Shown here piece by piece: positions 1-11,300 of a stretch of 64,000 nt of DNA. This DNA is from Eledone cirrhosa (Eukaryota). Location: NCBI GenBank assembly GCA_964016885.1, contig CAXHJY010000096.1, positions 2,666,001 to 2,730,000 on the forward strand. Direction: 5' to 3'. Within the stretch, counting starts at the first letter, position 1. Each line of letters starts with the position of its first letter. The notes beneath the pieces are model-generated. The model made no database searches, was not told the origin of the DNA, and was given only the letters and a program-made list of their open reading frames with translations. The position numbers and the translations under genes are program-made.

Positions 1-1057
1 AAAAAAATCAGGGGGCGATAATTTGTAAAAAAAATCAGGGGGAGATAATTTGTAAAAAAAAATCAGGGGGAGATAATTTGTAAAAAAAAATCAGGGGGAG
101 ATAATTTGTAAAAAAAATGAAAGGGGAGATAATATCCAGCCGTCCAAGGGGAGATAATTTCCAGCCGTCCAAGGGGAGATAATTTCCAGCCGTCCAAGGG
201 GAGATAATTTCCATCCTTCCAAGGGGATATAATTTCCAGCCGTCCAAGGGGAGATAATTTCCATCCTTCCAAGGGGATATAATTTCCAGCCGTCCAAGGG
301 GAGATAATTTTCAGCCGTCCAAGGAGAGGTAATTTCTAGCCGTCCAAGGAGAGATAATTTCCAGCCGTCCAAGGGGAGATAATTTCCAGCCGTCCAAGGG
401 GAGATAATTTCCAGCCGTCCAAGGAGACATATTTTCCAGCCGTCCAAGGAGAGGTAATTCCTAGCCGTCCAAGGGGAGATAAATTCCAGCCTCCAAGGGG
501 AGATAATTTCCAGCCAGCCAAGGGGAGATCATTTGTAAAAAAAATCAGGGGGAGATAATTTGTAAAAAAAATCAGGGGGAGATAATTTGTAAAAAAAAAT
601 CAGAGGGAGATAATTTGTAAAAAATAATCAGGGGGAGATAATTTGTAAAAAAAATCAAGGGGAGATAATTTCCAGCCGTCCAAGGGGAGATAATTTTCAG
701 CCGTCCAAGGGGAGATAATTTCCCGCCAGCCAAGGGAAGATAATATTTAAAAAAATTAGGCGGAGATAATTTGTAAAAAAAATCAGGGGGAGATAATTTG
801 TAAAAAAATCAGGGGGAGATAATTTGTAAAAAAAATCAGGGGGAGATAATTTGTAAAAAAAAATCAGGGGTAGATAATTTGTAAAAAAAAATCAGGGGGA
901 GATAATTTGTAAAAAAAATCAGGGGGAGATAATTTGTAAAAAAAATCAGGGGGAGATAATTTGTAAAAAAAAATCAGGGGTAGATAATTTGTAAAAAAAA
1001 ATCAGGGGGAGATAATTTGTAAAAAAAATCAAGGGGAGATAATTTCCAGCCGTCCAA

Positions 1058-1175
1058 GGGAAGATAATTTCCAGCCCTCCAAGGGGCTATAATTTCCAGC
1101 GTCCAAGGGGAGATAATTTCCAGCCAGCGAAGGGGAGATAATTTTTTTTTCAAAATCATTGGGAGATTTGTAAAA
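1058..1175 (+). repeat. Recurrent landmark module of diverged monomers (gggaagat..ccctccaaggggctat..ccagcgtcc..ccagcgaagg..TnAn..tcattgggagatttgt); first of ~23 copies
   Basis: gggctataat found at ~1084, 3307, 7706, 9491, 11359, 13011, 14935, 19604, 21697, 26498, 28715, 30429, 34181, 36274, 41077, 43294, 45200, 47280, 52503, 53738, 58063, 60225 and 62129. Confidence 0.88.
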
Positions 1176-1776
1176 AAAATCAGGGGGAGATAATTTGTAA
1201 AAAAAATCAAGGGGAGATAATTTCCAGCCGTCCAAGGGGAGGTAATATCTAGCCGTCCAAGGGGAGATAATTTCCAGCCGTCCAAGGGTAGATAATATCC
1301 AGCCGTCCAAGGACATATTTTCCAGCCGTCCAAGGAGAGGTAATTTCTAGCCGTCCAAGGGGAGATAAATTCCAGCCTCCAAGGGGAGATAATTTCCAGC
1401 CAGCCAAGGGGAGATAATTTGTAAAAAAATCAGGGGGAGATAATTTGTAAAAAAAATCAGGGGGAGATAATTTGTAAAAAAAAATCAGGGGGAGATAATT
1501 TGTAAAAAAAAATCAGGGGGAGATAATTTGTAAAATAAATCAAGGGGAGATAATTTCCAGCCGTCCAAGGGGAGATAATTTTCAGCCGTCCAAGGGGAGA
1601 TAATTTCCCGCCAGCCAAGGGAAGATAATATTTAAAAAAATCAGGCGGAGATAATTTGTAAAAAAAATCAGGGGGAGATAATTTGTAAAAAAATCAGGGG
1701 GAGATAATTTGTAAAAAAAAATCAGGGGGCGATAATTTGTAAAAAAAATCAGGGGGAGATAATTTGTAAAAAAAAA

Positions 1777-2794
1777 TCAGGGGGAGATAATTTGTAAAAA
1801 AAAATCAGGGGGAGATAATTTGTAAAAAAAATGAAAGGGGAGATAATATCCAGCCGTCCAAGGGGAGATAATTTCCAGCCGTCCAAGGGGAGATAATTTC
1901 CAGCCGTCCAAGGGGAGATAATTTCCATCCTTCCAAGGGGATATAATTTCCAGCCGTCCAAGGGGAGATAATTTCCATCCTTCCAAGGGGATATAATTTC
2001 CAGCCGTCCAAGGGGAGATAATTTTCAGCCGTCCAAGGAGAGGTAATTTCTAGCCGTCCAAGGAGAGATAATTTCCAGCCGTCCAAGGGGAGATAATTTC
2101 CAGCCGTCCAAGGGGAGATAATTTCCAGCCGTCCAAGGAGACATATTTTCCAGCCGTCCAAGGAGAGGTAATTCCTAGCCGTCCAAGGGGAGATAAATTC
2201 CAGCCTCCAAGGGGAGATAATTTCCAGCCAGCCAAGGGGAGATCATTTGTAAAAAAAATCAGGGGGAGATAATTTGTAAAAAAAATCAGGGGGAGATAAT
2301 TTGTAAAAAAAAATCAGGGGGAGATAATTTGTAAAAAAAATGAAAGGGGAGATAATATCCAGCCGTCCAAGGGGAGATAATTTCCAGCCGTCCAAGGGGA
2401 GATAATTTCCAGCCGTCCAAGGGGAGATAATTTCCATCCTTCCAAGGGGATATAATTTCCAGCCGTCCAAGGGGAGATAATTTCCATCCTTCCAAGGGGA
2501 TATAATTTCCAGCCGTCCAAGGGGAGATAATTTTCAGCCGTCCAAGGAGAGGTAATTTCTAGCCGTCCAAGGAGAGATAATTTCCAGCCGTCCAAGGGGA
2601 GATAATTTCCAGCCGTCCAAGGGGAGATAATTTCCAGCCGTCCAAGGAGACATATTTTCCAGCCGTCCAAGGAGAGGTAATTCCTAGCCGTCCAAGGGGA
2701 GATAAATTCCAGCCTCCAAGGGGAGATAATTTCCAGCCAGCCAAGGGGAGATCATTTGTAAAAAAAATCAGGGGGAGATAATTTGTAAAAAAAA
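1777..2794. repeat. 509-bp internal tandem duplication
   Basis: tgaaagggg at 1832 and 2341, and gatcatttgt at 2241 and 2750, both offset 509. ORFs 1805..2161 and 2314..2670 are identical. Confidence 0.9.
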
Positions 2795-5700
2795 TCAGGG
2801 GGAGATAATTTGTAAAAAAAAATCAGAGGGAGATAATTTGTAAAAAATAATCAGGGGGAGATAATTTGTAAAAAAAATCAAGGGGAGATAATTTCCAGCC
2901 GTCCAAGGGGAGATAATTTTCAGCCGTCCAAGGGGAGATAATTTCCCGCCAGCCAAGGGAAGATAATATTTAAAAAAATTAGGCGGAGATAATTTGTAAA
3001 AAAAATCAGGGGGAGATAATTTGTAAAAAAATCAGGGGGAGATAATTTGTAAAAAAAATCAGGGGGAGATAATTTGTAAAAAAAAATCAGGGGTAGATAA
3101 TTTGTAAAAAAAAATCAGGGGGAGATAATTTGTAAAAAAAATCAGGGGGAGATAATTTGTAAAAAAAATCAGGGGGAGATAATTTGTAAAAAAAAATCAG
3201 GGGTAGATAATTTGTAAAAAAAAATCAGGGGGAGATAATTTGTAAAAAAAATCAAGGGGAGATAATTTCCAGCCGTCCAAGGGAAGATAATTTCCAGCCC
3301 TCCAAGGGGCTATAATTTCCAGCGTCCAAGGGGAGATAATTTCCAGCCAGCGAAGGGGAGATAATTTTTTTTTCAAAATCATTGGGAGATTTGTAAAAAA
3401 AATCAGGGGGAGATAATTTGTAAAAAAAATCAAGGGGAGATAATTTCCAGCCGTCCAAGGGGAGGTAATATCTAGCCGTCCAAGGGGAGATAATTTCCAG
3501 CCGTCCAAGGGTAGATAATATCCAGCCGTCCAAGGACATATTTTCCAGCCGTCCAAGGAGAGGTAATTTCTAGCCGTCCAAGGGGAGATAAATTCCAGCC
3601 TCCAAGGGGAGATAATTTCCAGCCAGCCAAGGGGAGATAATTTGTAAAAAAATCAGGGGGAGATAATTTGTAAAAAAAATCAGGGGGAGATAATTTGTAA
3701 AAAAAAATCAGGGGGAGATAATTTGTAAAAAAAAATCAGGGGGAGATAATTTGTAAAAAAAATCAGGGGGAGATAATTTGTAAAAAAAATCAAGGGGAGA
3801 TCATTTCCAGCCGTCCAAGGGAGATAATTTTCAGCCGTCCAAGGGGAGATAATTTCCCGCCAGCCAAGGGAAGATAATATTTAAAAAAATCAGGCGGAGA
3901 TAATTTGTAAAAAAAATCAGGGGGAGATAATTTGTAAAAAAATCAGGGGGAGATAATTTGTAAAAGAAAAATCAGGGGGAGATAATTTGTAAAAAAAATC
4001 AGGGGGAGATAATTTGTAAAAAAAAATCAGGGGTAGATAATTTGTAAAAAAAAATCAGGGGGAGATAATTTGTAAAAAAAATCAGAGGGAGATAATTTGT
4101 AAAAAAAATGAAAGGGGAGATAATATCCAGCCGTCCAAGGGGAGATAATTTCCAGCCGTCCAAGGGGAGATAATTTCCAGCCGTCCAAGGGGAGATAATT
4201 TCCATCCTTCCAAGGGGATATAATTTCCAGCCGTCCAAGGGGAGATAATTTCCCGCCAGCCAAGGTAAGATAATTTTTAAAAAAATCAGGCGGAGATTGT
4301 AAAAAAAATCAGAGGGGAGATAATTTGTAAAAAAATCAGGGGGAGATAATTTGTAAAAAAAAATCAGGGGGAGATAATTTGTAAAAAATAATCAGGGGGA
4401 GATAATTTGTAAAAAAAAATCAAGGGGAGATAATTTCCAGCCGTCCAAGGGGAGATAATTTCCCGCCAGCCAAGGGAAGATAATATTTAAAAAAATTAGG
4501 CGGAGATAATTTGTAAAAAAAATCAGGGGGAGATAATTTGTAAAAAAATCAGGGGGAGATAATTTGTAAAAAAAATCATGGGGAGATAATTTGTAAAAAA
4601 AAATCAGGGGTAGATAATTTGTAAAAAAAAATCAGGGGGAGATAATTTGTAAAAAAAAATCAGGGGGAGATAATTTGTAAAAAAAATCAAGGGGAGATAA
4701 TTTCCAGCCGTCCAAGGGGAGATAATTTTCAGCCGTCCAAGAAGAGGTAATTTCTAGCCGTCCAAGGGGAGATAATTTCCAGCCGTCCAAGGGGAGGTAA
4801 TTTCCAGCCGTCCAAGGGGAGATAATTTTAAAAAAAAAATCAGGCGGAGATAATTTGTAAAAAAAATCAAGGGGAGATACTTTGCAGCCGTCCAAGGGGA
4901 GATAATTTTCAGTCGTCCAAGGAGAGGTAATTTCTAGCCGTCCAAGGGGAGATAATTTCCAGCCGTCCAAGGGGAGATAATTTCCAGCCGTCCAAGGGGA
5001 GATAATTTTTTTTTAAAAATCAGGCGGAGATAATTTGTAAAAAAAATCAGGGGGAGATAATTTGTAAACAAAATCAGGGGGAGATAATTTGTAAAAAAAA
5101 ATCAGGGGGAGATAATTTGTAAAAAAAATCAAGGAGAGATAATTTCCAGCCGTCCAAGGGAAGATAATTTCCAGCCGTCCAAGGAGACATATTTTCCAGC
5201 CGTCCAAGGCGAGGTAATTTCTAGCCGTCCAAGGGGAGATAAATTCCAGCCTCCAAGGGGAGATAATTTCCAGCCAGCCAAGGGGAGATAATTTGTAAAA
5301 AAATCAGGGGGAGATAATTTGTAAAAAATATCAGGGAGATAATTTGTAAAAAAAAATCAGGGGGAGATAATTTGTAAAAAAAATCAGGGGGAGATAATTT
5401 GTAAAAAAAAATCAGGGGGAGATAATTTGTAAAAAAAATCAAGGGGAGATAATTTCCAGCCGTCCAAGGGGAGATAATTTCCAGCCGTCCAAGGGGAGAT
5501 AATTTCCAGCCGTCCAAGGAGACATATTTTCCAGCCGTCCAAGGAGAGGTAATTTCTAGCCGTCCAAGGGGAGATAAATTCCAGCCTCCAAGGGGAGATA
5601 ATTTCCAGCCAGCCAAGGGGAAATAATTTGTAAAAAAATCAGGGGGAGATAATTTGCAAAAAAAATCAGGGGGAGATAATTTGTAAAAAAAATCAGGGGG

Positions 5701-8339
5701 AGATAATTTGTAAAAAATAATCAGGGGGAGATAATTTCCAGCCGTCCAAGGGGAGATAATTTAAAAAAAAATCAGGCGGAGATAATTTGTAAAAAAAAAT
5801 CAGGGGGAGATAATTTGTAAAAAAAAATCAGGGGGAGATAATTTGTAAAAAAAATCAAGGGGAGATAATTTCCAGCCGTCCAAGGGGAGATAATTTTCAG
5901 CCGTCCAAGGGGAGATAATTTCCCGCCAGCCAAGGGAAGATAATATTTAAAAAAATCAGGGGGAGATAATTTGTAAAAAAAATCAGGGGGAGATAATTTG
6001 TAAAAAAAAATCAGGGGGAGATAATTTGTAAAAAAAAATCAGGGTGAGATAATTTGCAAAAAAAATCAGGGGGAGATAATTTGTAAAAAAAAATCAGGGG
6101 TAGATAATTTGTAAAAAAAAATCAGGGGGAGATAATTTGTAAAAAAAAATCAGGGGGAGATAATTTGTAAAAAAAATCAAGGGGAGATAATTTCCAGCCG
6201 TCCAAGGAGAGATAATTTAAAAAAAAATCAGGCGGAGATAATTTGTAAAAAAAAATCAGGGGGAGATAATTTGTAAAAAAAATCAGGGGGAGATAATTTG
6301 TAAAAAAAAATCAGGGGTAGATAATTTGTAAAAAAAAATCAGGGGGAGATAATTTGTAAAAAAAAATCAGGAGGAGATAATTTGTAAAAAAAATCAAGGG
6401 GAGATAATTTCCAGCCGTCCAAGGAGAGATAATTTTAAAAAAAATCAGGCGGAGATAATTTGTAAAAAAAAATCAGGGGGAGATAATTTGTAAAAAAAAA
6501 TCAGGGGGAGATAATTTGTAAAAAAAATCAAGGGGAGATAATTTCCAGCCGTCCAAGGGGAGATAATTTTCAGCCGTCCAAGGGGAGATAATTTCCCGCC
6601 AGCCAAGAGAAGATAATATTCAAAAAAATCAGGCGGAGATAATTTGTAAAAAAAATCAGGGGGAGATAATTTGTAAAAAAATCAGGGGGAGATAATTTGT
6701 AAAAAAAAAAATCAGGGGGAGATAATTTGTAAAAAAAATCAGGGGGAGATAATTTGTAAAAAAAAATCAGGGGTAGATAATTTGTAAAAAAAAATCAGGG
6801 GGAGATAATTTGTAAAAAAAATCAGGGGGAGATAATTTGTAAAAAAAATGAAAGGGGAGATAATATCCAGCCGTCCAAGGGGAGATAATTTCCAGCCGTC
6901 CAAGGGGAGATAATTTCCAGCCGTCCAAGGGGAGATAATTTCCATCCTTCCAAGGGGATATAATTTCCAGCCGTCCAAGGGGAGATAATTTCCATCCTTC
7001 CAAGGGGATATAATTTCCAGCCGTCCAAGGGGAGATAATTTTCAGCCGTCCAAGGAGAGGTAATTTCTAGCCGTCCAAGGAGAGATAATTTCCAGCCGTC
7101 CAAGGGGAGATAATTTCCAGCCGTCCAAGGGGAGATAATTTCCAGCCGTCCAAGGAGACATATTTTCCAGCCGTCCAAGGAGAGGTAATTCCTAGCCGTC
7201 CAAGGGGAGATAAATTCCAGCCTCCAAGGGGAGATAATTTGTAAAAAAAATCAGGGGGAGATAATTTGTAAAAAAAATCAGGGGGAGATAATTTGTAAAA
7301 AAAATCAGGGGGAGATAATTTGTAAAAAAAAATCAGGGGTAGATAATTTGTAAAAAATAATCAGGGGGAGATAATTTGTAAAAAAAATCAAGGGGAGATA
7401 ATTTCCAGCCGTCCAAGGGGAGATAATTTTCAGCCGTCCAAGGGGAGATAATTTCCCGCCAGCCAAGGGAAGATAATATTTAAAAAAATTAGGCGGAGAT
7501 AATTTGTAAAAAAAATCAGGGGGAGATAATTTGTAAAAAAATCAGGGGGAGATAATTTGTAAAAAAAATCAGGGGGAGATAATTTGTAAAAAAAATCAGG
7601 GGGAGATAATTTGTAAAAAAAAATCAGGGGGAGATAATTTGTAAAAAAAATCAAGGGGAGATAATTTCCAGCCGTCCAAGGGAAGATAATTTCCAGCCCT
7701 CCAAGGGGCTATAATTTCCAGCGTCCAAGGGGAGATAATTTCCAGCCAGCGAAGGGGAGATAATTTTTTTTAAAAAATCATTGGGAGATTTGTAAAAAAA
7801 ATCAGGGGGAGATAATTTGTAAAAAAAATCAAGGGGAGATAATTTCCAGCCGTCCAAGGGGAGGTAATATCTAGCCGTCCAAGGGGAGATAATTTCCAGC
7901 CGTCCAAGGGGAGATAATTTCCAGCCGTCCAAGGGTAGATAATATCCAGCCGTCCAAGGACATATTTTCCAGCCGTCCAAGGAGAGGTAATTTCTAGCCG
8001 TCCAAGGGGAGATAAATTCCAGCCTCCAAGGTGAGATAATTTCCAGCCAGCCAAGGGGAGATAATTTGTAAAAAAATCAGGGGGAGATAATTTGTAAAAA
8101 AAATCAGGGGGAGATAATTTGTAAAAAAAAATCAGGGGGAGATAATTTGTAAAAAAAAATCAGGGGGAGATAATTTGTAAAAAAAAATCAGGGGGAGATA
8201 ATTTGTAAAAAAATCAAGGGGAGATAATTTCCAGCCGTCCAAGGGGAGATAATTTTCAGCCGTCCAAGGGGAGGTAATATCTAGCCGTCCAAGGGGAGAT
8301 AATTTCCATCCTTCCAAGGGAAGATAATATTTGAAAAAA

Positions 8340-11300
8340 TCAGGCGGAGATAATTTGTAAAAAAAATCAGGGGGAGATAATTTGTAAAAAAATCAGGGGG
8401 AGATAATTTGTAAAAAAAAAATCATGGGGAGATAATTTGTAAAAAAAATCAGGGGGAGATAATTTGTAAAAAAAAATCAGGGGTAGATAAATTGTAAAAA
8501 AAAATCAGGGGGAGATAATTTGTAAAAAAAATCAGGGGGAGATAATTTGTAAAAAAAATGAAAGGGGAGATAATATCCAGCCGTCGAAGGGGAGATAATT
8601 TCCAGCCGTCCAAGGGGAGATAATTTCCAGCCGTCCAAGGGGAGATAATTTCCATCCTTCCAAGGGGATATAATTTCCAGCCGTCCAAGGGGAGATAATT
8701 TCCCGCCAGCCAAGGGAAGATAATTTTTAAAAAAATCAGGCGGAGATTGTAAAAAAAATCAGGGGGGAGATAATTTGTAAAAAAATCAGGGGGAGATAAT
8801 TTGTAAAAAAAAATCAGGGGGAGATAATTTGTAAAAAATAATCAGGGGGAGATAATTTGTAAAAAAAAATCAAGGGGAGATAATTTCCAGCCGTCCAAGG
8901 GGAGGTAATATCTAGCCGTCCAAGGGGAGATAATTTCCAGCCGTCCAACGGGAGATAATTTCCAGCCGTCCATGGGTAGATAATATCCAGCCGCCCAAGG
9001 ACATATTTTCCAGCCGTCCAAGGAGAGGTAATTTCTAGCCGTCCAAGGGGAGATAATTACAGCCGTCCAAGGGTAGATAATATCCAGCCGTCCAAGGACA
9101 TATTTTCCAGCCGTCCAAGGAGAGGTAATTTCTAGCCGTCCAAGGGGAGATAAATTCCAGCCTCCAAGGGGAGATAATTTCCAGCCAGCCAAGGGGAGAT
9201 AATTTGTAAAAAAATCAGGGGGAGATAATTTGTAAAAAAAATCAGGGGGAGATAATTTGTAAAAAAAAATCAGGGGGAGATAATTTGTAAAAAAAAATCA
9301 GGGGGAGATAATTTGCAAAAAAAATCAGGGGGAGATAATTTGTAAAAAAAAATCAGGGGTAGATAATTTGTAAAAAAAAATCAGGGGGAGATAATTTGTA
9401 AAAAAAAATCAGGGGGAGATAATTTGTAAAAAAAATCAAGGGGAGATAATTTCCAGCCGTCCAAGGGAAGATAATTTCCAGCCCTCCAAGGGGCTATAAT
9501 TTCCAGCGTCCAAGGGGAGATAATTTCCAGCCAGCGAAGGGGAGATAATTTTTTTTAAAAAATCATTGGGAGATTTGTAAAAAAAATCAGGGGGAGATAA
9601 TTTGTAAAAAAAATCAAGGGGAGATAATTTCCAGCCGTCCAAGGGGAGGTAATATCTAGCCGTCCAAGGGGAGATAATTTCCAGCCGTCCAACGGGAGAT
9701 AATTTCCAGCCGTCCATGGGTAGATAATATCCAGCCGCCCAAGGACATATTTTCCAGCCGTCCAAGGAGAGGTAATTTCTAGCCGTCCAAGGGGAGATAA
9801 TTTCCAGCCGTCCAAGGGTAGATAATATCCAGCCGTCCAAGGACATATTTTCCAGCCGTCCAAGGAGAGGTAATTTCTAGCCGTCCAAGGGGAGATAAAT
9901 TCCAGCCTCCAAGGGGAGATAATTTCCAGCCAGCCAAGGGGAGATAATTTGTAAAAAAATCAGGGGGAGATAATTTGTAAAAAAAATCAGGGGGAGATAA
10001 TTTGTAAAAAAAAATCAGGGGGAGATAATTTGTAAAAAAAAATCAGGGGGAGATAATTTGCAAAAAAAATCAGGGGGAGATAATTTGTAAAAAAAAATCA
10101 GGGGTAGATAATTTGTAAAAAAAAATCAGGGGGAGATAATTTGTAAAAAAAAATCAGGGGGAGATAATTTGTAAAAAAAATCAAGGGGAGATAATTTCCA
10201 GCCGTCCAAGGAGAGATAATTTTAAAAAAAATCAGGCGGAGATAATTTGTAAAAAAAAATCAGGGGGAGATAATTTGTAAAAAAAATCAGGGGGAGATAA
10301 TTTGTAAAAAAAAATCAGGGGTAGATAATTTGTAAAAAAAAATCAGGGGGAGATAATTTGTAAAAAAAAATCAGGGGGAGATAATTTGTAAAAAAAATCA
10401 AGGGGAGATAATTTCCAGCCGTCCAAGGAGAGATAATTTAAAATAAAATCAGGGGGAGATAATTTGTAAAAAAAATCAAGGGGAGATAATTTCCAGCCGT
10501 CCAAGGGGAGATAATTTTCAGCCGTCCAAGGGGAGATAATTTCCCGCCAGCCAAGGGAAGATAATATTCAAAAAAATCAGGCGGAGATAATTTGTAAAAA
10601 AAATCAGGGGGAGATAATTTGTAAAAAAAAATCAGGGGTAGATAATTTGTAAAAAAAAATCAGGGGGAGATAATTTGTAAAAAAAAATCAGGGGGAGATA
10701 ATTTGTAAAAAAAATGAAAGGGGAGATAATATCCAGCCGTCCAAGGGGAGATAATTTCCAGCCGTCCAAGGGGAGATAATTTCCAGCCGTCCAAGGGGAG
10801 ATAATTTCCATCCTTCCAAGGGGATATAATTTCCAGCCGTCCAAGGGGAGATAATTTCCATCCTTCCAAGGGGATATAATTTCCAGCCGTCCAAGGGGAG
10901 ATAATTTTCAGCCGTCCAAGGAGAGGTAATTTCTAGCCGTCCAAGGAGAGATAGTTTCCAGCCGTCCAAGGGGAGATAATTTCCAGCCGTCCAAGGGGAG
11001 ATAATTTCCAGCCGTCCAAGGAGACATATTTTCCAGCCGTCCAAGGAGAGGTAATTCCTAGCCGTCCAAGGGGAGATAAATTCCAGCCTCCAAGGGGAGA
11101 TAATTTCCAGCCAGCCAAGGGGAGATAATTTGTAAAAAAAATCAGGGGGAGATAATTTGTAAAAAAAATCAGGGGGAGATAATTTGTAAAGAAATCAGGG
11201 GGAGATAATTTGTAAAAAAAATCAGGGGGAGATAATTTGTAAAAAAAATCAGGGGGAGATAATTTGTAAAAAAAAATCAGGGGGAGATAATTTGTAAAAA

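Larger units (their letters stand above)
1..3960. repeat. Higher-order repeat: ~1714-bp unit followed by a second copy expanded to ~2223 bp
   Basis: Rare variant gggggcgata at ~11 and ~1725, and gatcatttgt at 527, 2241 and 2750. Identical ORFs at 35/1749 (offset 1714) and 974/3197 (offset 2223). The T9-C-A4 variant occurs only at ~1142 and ~3365. Confidence 0.9.

Noticed and set aside
148-162. NF-kB/Rel site (GGGGAGATAATTTCC)
   Set aside because: Spacing between the GGG and TCC half-sites is longer than the 10-11-bp kB consensus.
7755-7790. TnAn stretches as intrinsic terminators
   Set aside because: There is no GC-rich stem before the T-run and no upstream gene. They are junction variants of the A monomer.
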